Origin: Candidatus Hodarchaeota archaeon
Lineage (GTDB): Archaea > Asgardarchaeota > Lokiarchaeia > Sigyniarchaeales > SOKP01
Direction of reading: 5' to 3'
Assembly (NCBI GenBank): GCA_048887225.1
Contig: JBHLJY010000005.1
Span: 1 to 64,000, forward strand
DNA length: 64,000 bases
Shown here: in pieces, positions 10,388 through 19,874 of the stretch
Layout: the number at the start of each line of letters is the position of its first letter
Numbering within the stretch: position 1 is the stretch's first letter
Position numbers and translations under genes: made by a program
Notes under the pieces: model-generated
Databases searched by the model: none
What the model was told of the DNA's origin: nothing
What the model saw: the letters and a program-made list of their open reading frames with translations, nothing else

Positions 10388-12535
10388 ATGATATCTAAAA
10401 AGACTATCTTTTTAGCAATTATCATCTTAATTCTATTTCCATTTTCAATTTTTAGTTTTGCAATATCAAAGGAGATGGATTTAAACTTATACCCAAATGT
10501 AAAAGCAGCTGATGTTACTGATGTGGATTTATCTGAATTACCTCAAATAGATTATTCATGGGGTGCAGAATGGGAAGATCCTAAAATTGAAATGCTTATC
10601 ATTGTACCTGCTAATAAACCAGCCTGGGTTGAAGCTGTAAAACCTTTAGCAGCATGGAAGAATGAAAAAGGAGTAAAGACTATTATTCTTAATGATACGT
10701 CTGGATTTTCAGGTATAGATAAGGCTGAAGAAATTCGAAATATGATAAAATACTATTATGAAAGAGAAAATATTAAATGGGTTTTGCTATGTGGTGACGC
10801 TCAAGCTGATTTAATCCCAATCAGAAAAGTTTATAATCCAGATATAAGTGGGGAGGCTTTTCTAGATAAACCAACTGATTATTATTATGCTGATTTAACA
10901 GGCAGTTGGGACAGCGATGGGGATGGAGTATTCGGAGAGGCAGCGCGTTTTGCAGGTGGAATTGATGAGATCGAATGGACACCAGACGTTTATGTTGGTA
11001 GGTTACCTGCTAATAACCTTTACGAACTTGAATTATTGGTTAATAAAACATTAAAATACGAATCTGATCCTTTTATAGGTCAGTGGATGAATAGGATGCT
11101 GTTAGCAGGTGGGATCTCAGAACCTACTCCAACAGAGAGTGGTTATGAAGATGAGGGTCGTTTAACCCAATATATTTGGCAACAATACATACCATCTGCA
11201 ATGAATTTTACACATTTAGTTGACTATACTGGTAAGTATTACGCTTCACAATTTATACCAGATGATCCTTTCGTTGATCTGACTCAAGCACGGGTAAGCC
11301 AAAATATGACCGCAGGATATTCAACAGTTATCATGGCAGGTCATGGAGACAATAATAATTTCTATAGTAAACTTTCTCCAATTCAAACCACAGGATATTC
11401 TTCTAATGATGCAAAAAGTATTGGCAATACTAATATGCCTTCTTTAGTATATATCGATGCATGTGAAACGACTTCGTATGACAAGAATGATGGTAATCTT
11501 GGTGAAACATTAATAAATGCAACTCATGCAGGCGCAATAGGTGTAATAGGTGCTCTAAGAATTACATTTTATTATACTAATGATGCTAAACTTGAAAAAT
11601 TAAATCGGGGAAATGCTAAATTATTTTGGTATGAATTTTTTGTTGAGAAGAAATTTCAGCAGGGAAAAGCATTATATGATTCAAAAGTAGCTTATATAAA
11701 TAGTGATTATTATCAAAATCGAGTAAATCCCACATATGAAGAAGAAGAGCGTAAAAATCTGCTTACTTATTGTCTTTTGGGAGATCCTGAAGTTGATATA
11801 TATACAGATATCCCATCGAAAGCCTCAAATCCCTTTACAGGAAATATATTTGAAGGGCAATTAATAACAAATACAGTCCGAGACATTAACGGGGAGGTCG
11901 TTCCATATGCGAGGATTTATTTAAAATCAGAGGATGGAAAATATAATTATACAACTTATGCTAATAAGTTTGGCAGATTAAATTTCAGAATTTATCCTAA
12001 AGAAAATGTTAATTATAATGTGACAATAACAGGTCATAATTTAATCCCCTCTCATTTTAACTTTACAACGCTCCCAGACTTTATTAAACCAGAATTTGAC
12101 GACGAAGAATGTAGTCCTGAAAATCCTACTGTTTCAGATAATGTTTGCTTCGATATTGAGGCGTATGATTTTCAGTCTGGACTTGAGAGTGTATTTTTAT
12201 TGCAATCAGAAGATAATGATTTTGATGAGTATGAATATTATGAGATGTTAAATAGATTTCAAGGCGATTCTAATACATTTTCATACGAATTAAAAAAATT
12301 AGAACCTGGCGAATATTTCTTTTTGATAATTGGAAGAGACTGGGCGAATAACTATAAAATATTAGAAGATGAAAGTTTTGAAATAGTAATACCTACTCCG
12401 CTAATGGATTACTTACTTATTATAATGTCAATAGCGGTTGTGGGCGTTGTTGGAATTTCGATTACTATTGCTTATATTACGTTTAAAAATTATAAACATG
12501 CTTTCTGGAAGTTAAAGAGAGAATCTTCCCATTAA
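10388..12535 (+). CDS. C25 (gingipain-family) cysteine peptidase, membrane anchored
   Basis: WVLLCGD, PTDYYY, VGRLP, AGHG (His), DACET (Cys), LLGDP; signal peptide and C-terminal TM. Confidence 0.9.
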   Translation: MISKKTIFLAIIILILFPFSIFSFAISKEMDLNLYPNVKAADVTDVDLSELPQIDYSWGAEWEDPKIEMLIIVPANKPAWVEAVKPLAAWKNEKGVKTIILNDTSGFSGIDKAEEIRNMIKYYYERENIKWVLLCGDAQADLIPIRKVYNPDISGEAFLDKPTDYYYADLTGSWDSDGDGVFGEAARFAGGIDEIEWTPDVYVGRLPANNLYELELLVNKTLKYESDPFIGQWMNRMLLAGGISEPTPTESGYEDEGRLTQYIWQQYIPSAMNFTHLVDYTGKYYASQFIPDDPFVDLTQARVSQNMTAGYSTVIMAGHGDNNNFYSKLSPIQTTGYSSNDAKSIGNTNMPSLVYIDACETTSYDKNDGNLGETLINATHAGAIGVIGALRITFYYTNDAKLEKLNRGNAKLFWYEFFVEKKFQQGKALYDSKVAYINSDYYQNRVNPTYEEEERKNLLTYCLLGDPEVDIYTDIPSKASNPFTGNIFEGQLITNTVRDINGEVVPYARIYLKSEDGKYNYTTYANKFGRLNFRIYPKENVNYNVTITGHNLIPSHFNFTTLPDFIKPEFDDEECSPENPTVSDNVCFDIEAYDFQSGLESVFLLQSEDNDFDEYEYYEMLNRFQGDSNTFSYELKKLEPGEYFFLIIGRDWANNYKILEDESFEIVIPTPLMDYLLIIMSIAVVGVVGISITIAYITFKNYKHAFWKLKRESSH

Positions 12536-12536
12536 T

Positions 12537-13094
12537 CTAGTCGTCTTGACTTTCGGATTTTTCTTTTTTAAGACTAATTAAATATTGAATTGATCTAATT
12601 GTCCCAAGTATTCCATGGCATATTAGAGAGATCGCAATTAAAATTACAATTAATAGATCTTTAATGATAAATAAAAAGATTACAATCAATAGTCCTGCTA
12701 TAGAAAAAGTCAACAAATGAGAAAGCTCACCAAAAATGATTTTCCAAGTCTTTGATTTTTCTACGCGCTTTTTCAATTCTTTTTGGTATGATTCTTCTCC
12801 AACCTCTTTTACGTACCAGCTGCCTTCTATATTGTTTGCGAATAAGAATAATGACCAAATAAAAATAAAGAAAGCAAAATAAAAATCTAAAGCTCCTATA
12901 ATGATTAAAGGTATTTGAATAAGAATCATACCTTTCCAACCAATTTTTTGAGCTAACTTATTAGTTTCAAGCTTCAATTCTTTTGTAACATACCGAGTCG
13001 AGAGAATATCGAGCGATCTACCAATGATTACTATAAAGGCGTTTATGAAATACTGGTACCATTCAGCATTTCTGTTTATTAATTGGAATATCAT
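12537..13094 (-). CDS. membrane protein
   Basis: multiple hydrophobic helices; LDILST...ETN motif. Confidence 0.65.
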   Translation of the reverse strand: MIFQLINRNAEWYQYFINAFIVIIGRSLDILSTRYVTKELKLETNKLAQKIGWKGMILIQIPLIIIGALDFYFAFFIFIWSLFLFANNIEGSWYVKEVGEESYQKELKKRVEKSKTWKIIFGELSHLLTFSIAGLLIVIFLFIIKDLLIVILIAISLICHGILGTIRSIQYLISLKKEKSESQDD

Positions 13095-13229
13095 CTTTGA
13101 TTACACTCATAAAACAATTGCTTCTAAGTTTAATCCTTTCATATTAAAAAAATTTAATTATTAGTCTTTATTAAAATATTCATTCCTTACTATATAAGTT
13201 AGCATCTACAAAAAAATTTTAGAATGCTA

Positions 13230-13237
13230 CTATATAG
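13230..13237 (+). promoter_or_regulatory. putative TATA box of the permuted 5S precursor
   Basis: CTATATAG about 20-25 nt upstream of the first base of the terminal processing stem (13254). Confidence 0.45.
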
Positions 13238-13289
13238 GCATGAGGGATTTTTTAACCACAAAAGGTATGTAATTCGCTACGCGCCGGAA

Positions 13290-13409
13290 GTTAAACATTT
13301 TTGCGTTGTTAATAGTACTGCATTTGCGATATGTGGGAACTGACAAACTGTAGATTCGTCTACGGTCATGGCAAAGGAGGATAATACCCGGTCCCATCCG
13401 AACCCGGAA
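13290..13409 (+). rRNA. rrf: 5S rRNA, circularly permuted gene (precursor about 13254-13429)
   Basis: 3' half (GTTAA..., loop E AGTA/GAA, helices IV/V) at 13290-13354 precedes 5' half (TCTACGGTCAT...CCCGGTCCCATCCGAACCCGGAA) at 13359-13409; helix I ACTGTAGA/TCTACGGT closed by TTCG. Confidence 0.9.
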
Positions 13410-13468
13410 GCGCATAAACTTTTGTGGTTTCCATAATAACAATAAGCCAATTAAATATTTTTTTAAAG

Positions 13469-14026
13469 ATGCCCAAAAAATATGTAATTTTTTTAAAATC
13501 AATCGCTCGAAAATGGTTTATATTTGTTATTATAACAATCCTCATAATTGCTTTAGTTGGCTGGATAGGATGGAAGAACTTGACTCCGGCAATTGTTGTA
13601 ACGATTATTTTTATAGCATTATTAGTTTTATCGTATATCCCGAGAATTTATTCACCTCAGAAATTGAAAAAATTTATGAACAAATATTATAGGATTGAGG
13701 ACAAGACAATAGCTAGAGAATCAAGACATACTTTAAGTGATGTACAAGAAAAAATGTTTAATATGTCGCAAAAACAAGAAAATAACGATTGGCTAATTAT
13801 ATTTCTAAATAAACATTATATATTTTATCACGAGCTTACAATTGAGAAATTTAAAGAATTTTACAATAAAGGTTTCAGAGATAAAGAAATCCTCGAAAGA
13901 TTAAAAGAATACGACCTTGAGACTAGAGCAGAAGTAAAAACTATTGAAGATACATTAATCAAATATAATAGACTTAGCAAAAGGGAAATTTCTGTTAAAA
14001 AACGTATGGAAAAAGAACGATTCTAA
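13469..14026 (+). CDS. two-TM membrane protein with cytoplasmic C-terminal domain
   Basis: two hydrophobic helices then charged domain; ATG 13469 preferred because GTG 13424 lies in the 5S processing stem. Confidence 0.65.
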   Translation: MPKKYVIFLKSIARKWFIFVIITILIIALVGWIGWKNLTPAIVVTIIFIALLVLSYIPRIYSPQKLKKFMNKYYRIEDKTIARESRHTLSDVQEKMFNMSQKQENNDWLIIFLNKHYIFYHELTIEKFKEFYNKGFRDKEILERLKEYDLETRAEVKTIEDTLIKYNRLSKREISVKKRMEKERF

Positions 14027-14085
14027 AATTTATCGATTTAATTTAAAAAGAAAGTGATAAATAAAATAAAAAAAGAATCTAATAA

Positions 14086-14379
14086 TTAATCTATTTCCCC
14101 AAAATCCAAATCGAAATTAAAATATTTTCGAATTGGCTTTTTAACGTTCCATACACATTTTAAACCTTTTTCAAATTGAATGAGATCGCCTTTTTTGAAT
14201 TCTATCTTCTCTCCTGTTTCAGAATCAGTTACTTCAACTTCTCCTTCTAATATATAACAAGTTTCAGTATCTCCATAAGACCAATCAAACTCGCTTGTTT
14301 CTTTACTCCAGGTTCCCCAAGATTCCACATTTAACTTTTTTAATTCTTCTTCCGTAGGTATTTTCTTCTTCATTCTCAT
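14086..14379 (-). CDS. cupin_3 (DUF861/EutQ-like) protein
   Basis: W..E.SEFDWSY...ETCYILEGEVEV...KGDL.F.KG..C.W. Confidence 0.85.
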   Translation of the reverse strand: MRMKKKIPTEEELKKLNVESWGTWSKETSEFDWSYGDTETCYILEGEVEVTDSETGEKIEFKKGDLIQFEKGLKCVWNVKKPIRKYFNFDLDFGEID

Positions 14380-14690
14380 TTATATCTCAACTCGCTTAAT
14401 AATATATTTAAATTATTTGAGATAGGATAATTTAATATAAGTTATAGATAAATAAATAATTATAGAGTTAAGGACCCTTTAGAACTGTAATAATCGTACT
14501 AAAAAATCTTAGTTATTGCGACTGTATTTATTACGAAAATTTTAGAAAAATGAAATTTTTAATAATGATAAGTATTATTACAGAAATAACAAATAAAAAA
14601 ATTTAAAAATTATATTCAGAATTATGATAAATTGAAATCATAAGAATATAATAAAAATAAACAGTTAAATCACTACATTTAGGTTATTTT

Positions 14691-15212
14691 ATGCCAAAAA
14701 AATTCATCCTCAAAATTTTGACAGCTGGCGAAGGTGGAGTGGGGAAAACAACGCTTCTTCATAGATATGTAGAGGGGAGATTTTCAGCAGATACGAAAAT
14801 GACAATTGGTGTTGAGTTTTTCTTGAAAGAAATTTGGGTTGATGGAAAACAATGTACACTGCAACTATGGGACTTCGGAGGTCAAGAAAGGTTTCGTTTC
14901 TTATTAGAAAGTTATGTTTTGGGGGCAAAAGGAGCCTTATTAATGTTTGATTTAACTCGACCTATGACATTAGAGAACCTAGAGGAATGGGTTAATATTG
15001 TACGTAAAAGTGATGAGAATCTACCTATTCTCTTTCTAGGAACAAAACGCGACCTTGAAAACGACATAATGGTTGATGATGATTATGCGATGCTATTTAA
15101 AGAAAGATTTCATCTCTTTGATTACCTAAAAATCTCCTCTAAATCTGGAGAAAATGTTTTCGAGTCTTTTGAATTATTAACAAGAAGGATTTTAGAGCGA
15201 CAAATATATTGA
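14691..15212 (+). CDS. Ras-superfamily (Rab-like) small GTPase
   Basis: GEGGVGKT, TIGVEF, WDFGGQERF, TKRD, SSK; no C-terminal prenylation Cys. Confidence 0.95.
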   Translation: MPKKFILKILTAGEGGVGKTTLLHRYVEGRFSADTKMTIGVEFFLKEIWVDGKQCTLQLWDFGGQERFRFLLESYVLGAKGALLMFDLTRPMTLENLEEWVNIVRKSDENLPILFLGTKRDLENDIMVDDDYAMLFKERFHLFDYLKISSKSGENVFESFELLTRRILERQIY

Positions 15213-15664
15213 CTTCCAATAATTTTAAAAGCGTTAATGTAATAATAATTGATTCTAATTTTATACTCCTTCCATACCAATTCAAAATTGATTATTTAAA
15301 TGATATCTATTTAAATTTAGAGGGCAAAATAAGATTCTATGTATTTAAACAAGTTATAAACGAATTAAAGGCAAAAGAAAGCAGAGAACCAAAATCTAGA
15401 AAATTTCGGAGAATGTTTAAATCTGGAATGTCGTATTTAGAAAAAAGTGAGAAAATTTATCCGATTTATTTTGTTGATGAAATTAAAAACAATGACGAAA
15501 CTACTGATGAGTTTTTATTGAGATGGTGTATTAAGTTAAAGAAAGATTATAAAAATGTGTTTTTAGCAACAAACGATTCAGAATTACGGAAAAAAGCAAA
15601 AAACTCAAACATCAATTTGATTTTTTTAAGACAAAAAAAATTTATTTCAATTGTAAGAAGTTAA
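15209..15664 (+). CDS. PIN-domain protein, Fcf1/Utp24-like
   Basis: IIDSNF, VINEL, TDEFL, LATNDSELRKK, LRQKK. Confidence 0.85.
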   Translation: MTSNNFKSVNVIIIDSNFILLPYQFKIDYLNDIYLNLEGKIRFYVFKQVINELKAKESREPKSRKFRRMFKSGMSYLEKSEKIYPIYFVDEIKNNDETTDEFLLRWCIKLKKDYKNVFLATNDSELRKKAKNSNINLIFLRQKKFISIVRS

Positions 15665-15807
15665 CAAATAACAAGGAAATTATAAAGTCTATTTTCTATT
15701 AAAAGCATTTTAGGTAAAATCAATGATTTAAATTCAACAAATAATTTTATTTAGATCCGATAAATATTTACTAATAAGAAATTCGAGAAGAATCTCATTG
15801 AGTAAGG

Positions 15808-17022
15808 ATGAATCTCTCAGAAATTAAGTTTGATTTTAATTCACCACAACGAATTATATTCGGAAATGGGCGAATTAGTGAATTAGGTCAAGAAATCTTA
15901 AGCACACTAAAACCAAAAGGAATCAAATATCCTAAAGCTTTTTTAGTTATAGGTAAAAGCTCTTTAAAAAGTTCAGGTTACTTGGAAAAAATCCAAAATT
16001 ACTTAGAGGATTCCAAAATTTATTTAGAAATATACGACAAAGCAGGCATAGAACCTACAACTACAATTTTAAACGAAGGAAAAGAGCTTGCTCTTGAACA
16101 AAAAGTTGATATCATCGTTGGGATTGGTGGTGGCAGTGTAATGGATACCGCAAAAGGTATTGCAGGTTTAGTTACTAATGGTGGGATTGTTGAGGATTAT
16201 CATGCGGGAAAAGAATTTATACAACCCCCACTACCATTTATTCTTATTCCTACAACCTCGGGCACTGGCTCGGAGGTAACTAATAATTCAGTTATTAAAG
16301 ACGAAAAGTTAAGCGTTAAGAAAAGCATTAGAGGTTTATGGGCAAGTATTGCACTCTTAGATCCCGAACTCACTTTATCTTTACCAAAAAAATATACCGC
16401 CTATCCTGGTGCGGACGCCTTAGTTCAAGCAATTGAATCTTTAGTGTCAAAAGGTTCAAATCTTATTTCTGTGCATTATGCTAAGGAAGCAATCAAATTG
16501 CTTGGAATAAATTTACCAAAAGTATGCAATGACTTAAAAAATATAGAATTGAGGGAGAAAATGATGCTCGGGAGCTTGTTTGATGGCTTATCATTCGCAA
16601 GCGGAAAACTAGGAGCTGTTCATGGATTTGCACATCCTATAGGAATTAAACACGATTTACCACATGGTTTAATATGTGGGCTTCTTTTACCTTACGTGAT
16701 GGAATATAATATTGCGTTAGATAATGTTGTTGAGAAATATGCGTGGATCGCCGATTTATTTAATAAACAAAAAATCCTAGCAGATTACGGAAACTGCCCA
16801 AAAGTAATGCCGACTGATAAAAGAGGTAAAGCGAAATGGGCTATTGAAAAACTAAAGGATATATTCAAATATATTGGAATTCCCCTCCATCTTAGTGAGG
16901 TAAAAATTAATGAAAGTGATATTGATGAGATTGTGAAAGATACTACTGGAAGCTCTTTAGCTAACAATCCGCGAGATACGGATAAAAAATCTCTAAAAGA
17001 AATTCTATTAAATGCCTTATAA
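15808..17022 (+). CDS. iron-containing alcohol dehydrogenase
   Basis: GGGSVMD, PTTSGTGSEVT, HGFAH, PHG, NNPR. Confidence 0.9.
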   Translation: MNLSEIKFDFNSPQRIIFGNGRISELGQEILSTLKPKGIKYPKAFLVIGKSSLKSSGYLEKIQNYLEDSKIYLEIYDKAGIEPTTTILNEGKELALEQKVDIIVGIGGGSVMDTAKGIAGLVTNGGIVEDYHAGKEFIQPPLPFILIPTTSGTGSEVTNNSVIKDEKLSVKKSIRGLWASIALLDPELTLSLPKKYTAYPGADALVQAIESLVSKGSNLISVHYAKEAIKLLGINLPKVCNDLKNIELREKMMLGSLFDGLSFASGKLGAVHGFAHPIGIKHDLPHGLICGLLLPYVMEYNIALDNVVEKYAWIADLFNKQKILADYGNCPKVMPTDKRGKAKWAIEKLKDIFKYIGIPLHLSEVKINESDIDEIVKDTTGSSLANNPRDTDKKSLKEILLNAL

Positions 17023-17142
17023 GAGTATACAAGTCTGTATTAGATAAATTTTTAATTAACTCTAATTAAATAATATTAATGTTTAATTTTTAAGATAGAT
17101 AAATCGATTTTAAACAAAATAAAAAATAAAGGGTGATTTGCT

Positions 17143-17481
17143 ATTAAAAAAGTTAATGAAAACGATTTTGAATATAGAGGGGGAGAAAGTAGTGGAATTA
17201 AGTATTTAATGAGAGGGCCTTCGATCGATTGGGGTGTGATTTTACTGAAGCCAGGAGAGATGATGGGAGAAAAAGCACATGGACATAGAGAAATCGACGA
17301 AACATTTTATTTTTTAGGTCATGGTACCATGATAATTGACAGTAAAGAATATGATGCACCAGAAGGAAGTGTTTTTTTATGTGAACCAAAAGAAATGCAT
17401 AACATTCGTAATGATTCTTCAGAACCTATAAAAATCGTATTTATTAAAGGAGAATATAAACCAGACGATAAAATAGAATAA
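17143..17481 (+). CDS. cupin domain protein (probable ATT start; first ATG at 17209)
   Basis: HGH...ETFYF...G...P.EMH cupin motifs; GGGTGA SD then in-frame ATT. Confidence 0.75.
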   Translation: MKKVNENDFEYRGGESSGIKYLMRGPSIDWGVILLKPGEMMGEKAHGHREIDETFYFLGHGTMIIDSKEYDAPEGSVFLCEPKEMHNIRNDSSEPIKIVFIKGEYKPDDKIE

Positions 17482-17522
17482 TAAAATATTTAAAAAAAAA
17501 AAATAATATTAAGTATTTAACT

Positions 17523-17915
17523 ATGGGAAAAAAGAAAAAGAAGCAAGCAAAAAGGGGTAAAGGTTATTACAAAGATGAACCTGAAGAGATCGTTCCCTCA
17601 AGGATAAAGATGCCTAATCGCCAAATCGGAGAAATGTTCGCAAGGGTCGTTGATATTTATGGAAATGATCGAATGGAAGTATTTTGCGAAGATGAAAAGC
17701 ACCGTATTGGGCGGATACGAGGAAAAATTAAAAAAAGAGTTTGGATTCGAAAAGGGGATTTAGTTGTGATAAATCCATGGGAATTTGAAACGGAAACAAA
17801 AGATAAATTATCAAGGTGTGAAATAACGTGGAGATATATGAAAAGTGAAATCTCTTGGCTTACGCGGAATAGGAGAATTCCCGAGATTCTAGGCATAAAC
17901 AAAATTCCATTTTAA
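17523..17915 (+). CDS. eif1a: translation initiation factor aIF-1A
   Basis: GEMFARV..IYGNDRMEVFCEDE..RIGRIRGKIKKRVWI..GD.V...PW. Confidence 0.92.
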   Translation: MGKKKKKQAKRGKGYYKDEPEEIVPSRIKMPNRQIGEMFARVVDIYGNDRMEVFCEDEKHRIGRIRGKIKKRVWIRKGDLVVINPWEFETETKDKLSRCEITWRYMKSEISWLTRNRRIPEILGINKIPF

Positions 17916-18088
17916 TAAATGAAAGTTCCTATAGTCTTGTTCTTGTAATTTATTCTATTATCTTTAGTTTAGAATCTCTATTAAAAAGCAAAATTTTAAA
18001 ATTTATAATTACCTTGTTTAATATAGACTTATTTTCCTAAGAAATTTCTAACTAAACCCAAATTAAATAAGGAAAAAATGAAAATATA

Positions 18089-18847
18089 ATGTCCAACCAA
18101 GATGATAAAATAAAAGATATTAGTGAAAAAGATATTGGCGTGGACGATGCTACTAACAAAGTTGAAGAAGAAATAGAAGATTTAACAACTCTTTTTGCAG
18201 TTAGAACAACTATAAATCAAGAAAGCAATATATTAAAGCAAATTTTTTATCGTTTCAGAATTCTAGATACAATACCAGACATTAAGGCTATGCTGGTTAG
18301 CCCTTTGCTCCCAGGGTATATTTTCATTGAAGCAGCTCAAAAAAGAGATGTCCAAATAGCGATTCAAGGGATTCCACATATAAAAGGAAGAATAGTAGGA
18401 CAAATAAAATTAGATGAAATAAATCACGTTCTTGTACCTCGCTCTGTAACGGAATTTTTAGAGGAAGGGGATACTGTCGAGATTATCTCGGGAGTTTTTG
18501 AAGGATCCCGTGCTTTTGTTATGAGAATGCCCCATGATACTTCAAGTTCCGAAGAAGTTGTTGTTCGTTTATTACAAGAGGAGACACCGATTACAATCAA
18601 AATACATGGGGATTATCTTAAACTCGTTGAGAAAAAGAAGAGAGAGGAAGTGCCAATTCCAGAAATAAAAGTTGCTACGCCAGAAGAAATAGTTACTGAC
18701 TTAGATAAAATGATAAGTTTTGAGGATGAATTTGAAGCTGAGTTGGACGAAGAATATCCAGAGCCCTACGAAAGTGAAGCAATCGAAGAGTATGATGAAG
18801 AAGAGGAGGAAGAAGAAGATGAATGGGCAAAATTCGACGGTTTTTAA
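18089..18847 (+). CDS. spt5: transcription elongation factor Spt5 with acidic C-terminal tail
   Basis: AVRTT..QE, PGYIFIEA (NGN domain), GDTVEIISGVFEG (KOW). Confidence 0.9.
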   Translation: MSNQDDKIKDISEKDIGVDDATNKVEEEIEDLTTLFAVRTTINQESNILKQIFYRFRILDTIPDIKAMLVSPLLPGYIFIEAAQKRDVQIAIQGIPHIKGRIVGQIKLDEINHVLVPRSVTEFLEEGDTVEIISGVFEGSRAFVMRMPHDTSSSEEVVVRLLQEETPITIKIHGDYLKLVEKKKREEVPIPEIKVATPEEIVTDLDKMISFEDEFEAELDEEYPEPYESEAIEEYDEEEEEEEDEWAKFDGF

Positions 18848-18984
18848 ATTAAAAATTAAAAATTTTACAATTCTATCCCTTTAAAACGCACTAATCTAAT
18901 TTTGAACAGATTTTTAAGTATAAAATCTTATTTAGATATAATAAAAAAATTATTTAGAATCAAACATAGAGATTTTTTAGCTTT

Positions 18985-19734
18985 ATGATTAAAAATATCT
19001 TCATAATGAAGGCAACAACAGGAGAATTAATTTTTTATAAAACTTACGAAGATATTTTTAATATTAAATTAACAAGCCAGTTTTTAAGCGCAATTTTCTC
19101 TTTCGTAAAACAAACCTTAAAAACCGAGGAGCTAAGTGAGATAGAAGTTGGTCCGTTTCGCTTCATCTTCGAAATTGAAAAAATAAAAAATCATGAATTA
19201 CTATTTGCTATTTTCGCAGATCGAACTGATAATTTAATTGAGCTTAGAAATCAATTAAGAGAAGTAAAGAACCAATTCCTCAGTGAGTTCGAATTGGAAT
19301 CTTTGGATACTAAATTTGATGGCGAAATCTCAAAATTTTTTGATTTTGAAAAAAACATATATGATATTATGGAAAAAAGCAAAAAATTAGTTTCTGAGGA
19401 AATCCAGAAAGATTTATTAAAAATTATTAATGAATTACATACTTTTTCTTCTTTCGTCACTTCTTCGGCTCTGTTAACACAGACCGGAAGAGTTATTGTT
19501 TCTTATTTAAATCCAAACATATTAAGTGAAATTATTAAACTATTAGAGGCAAGATTTCTCATCGGAAATAATAAGATAAACGAATTAATAACGTTAGAAA
19601 GCTTCGGAATCTTAAGTTTGACTGGAATTGACAGCTTTATTTCTGTAGTTTTATTTAAAAATCATTGTCCATTTGAAACAGCACTTACAATATCTAAAAA
19701 ATTTTCATCAAGATTACGAAAGTTAATTTTCTAA
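18985..19734 (+). CDS. longin-like domain fused to roadblock-like domain
   Basis: IFIM..TGELIF...FLSAIFSF...LSEIEVG (longin pattern); C-terminal SALLTQTGRVIVSYL (roadblock pattern). Confidence 0.65.
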   Translation: MIKNIFIMKATTGELIFYKTYEDIFNIKLTSQFLSAIFSFVKQTLKTEELSEIEVGPFRFIFEIEKIKNHELLFAIFADRTDNLIELRNQLREVKNQFLSEFELESLDTKFDGEISKFFDFEKNIYDIMEKSKKLVSEEIQKDLLKIINELHTFSSFVTSSALLTQTGRVIVSYLNPNILSEIIKLLEARFLIGNNKINELITLESFGILSLTGIDSFISVVLFKNHCPFETALTISKKFSSRLRKLIF

Positions 19735-19874
19735 TTTCTATTTTTGATATTTTGATGTTTTAATTTCGAAAGTAAAATGTTTAATATAAAAAAAAATTAA
19801 AAACGAACTCGTATTTTCCTAAGTAAATATAATATTTATCTATTAAATTTTAAAAAATTATATGTGAAGAAGAA

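Noticed and set aside
13284-13410. Two decayed tandem 5S copies rather than one permuted gene
   Set aside because: The halves complement exactly, all helices stay paired, the join is a TTCG tetraloop, and the only redundancy (CCGGAAG) is what a BHB needs; not formally excluded without RNA data
13230-13502. 90-aa minus-strand ORF
   Set aside because: Antisense to the structured 5S precursor; no protein-like features
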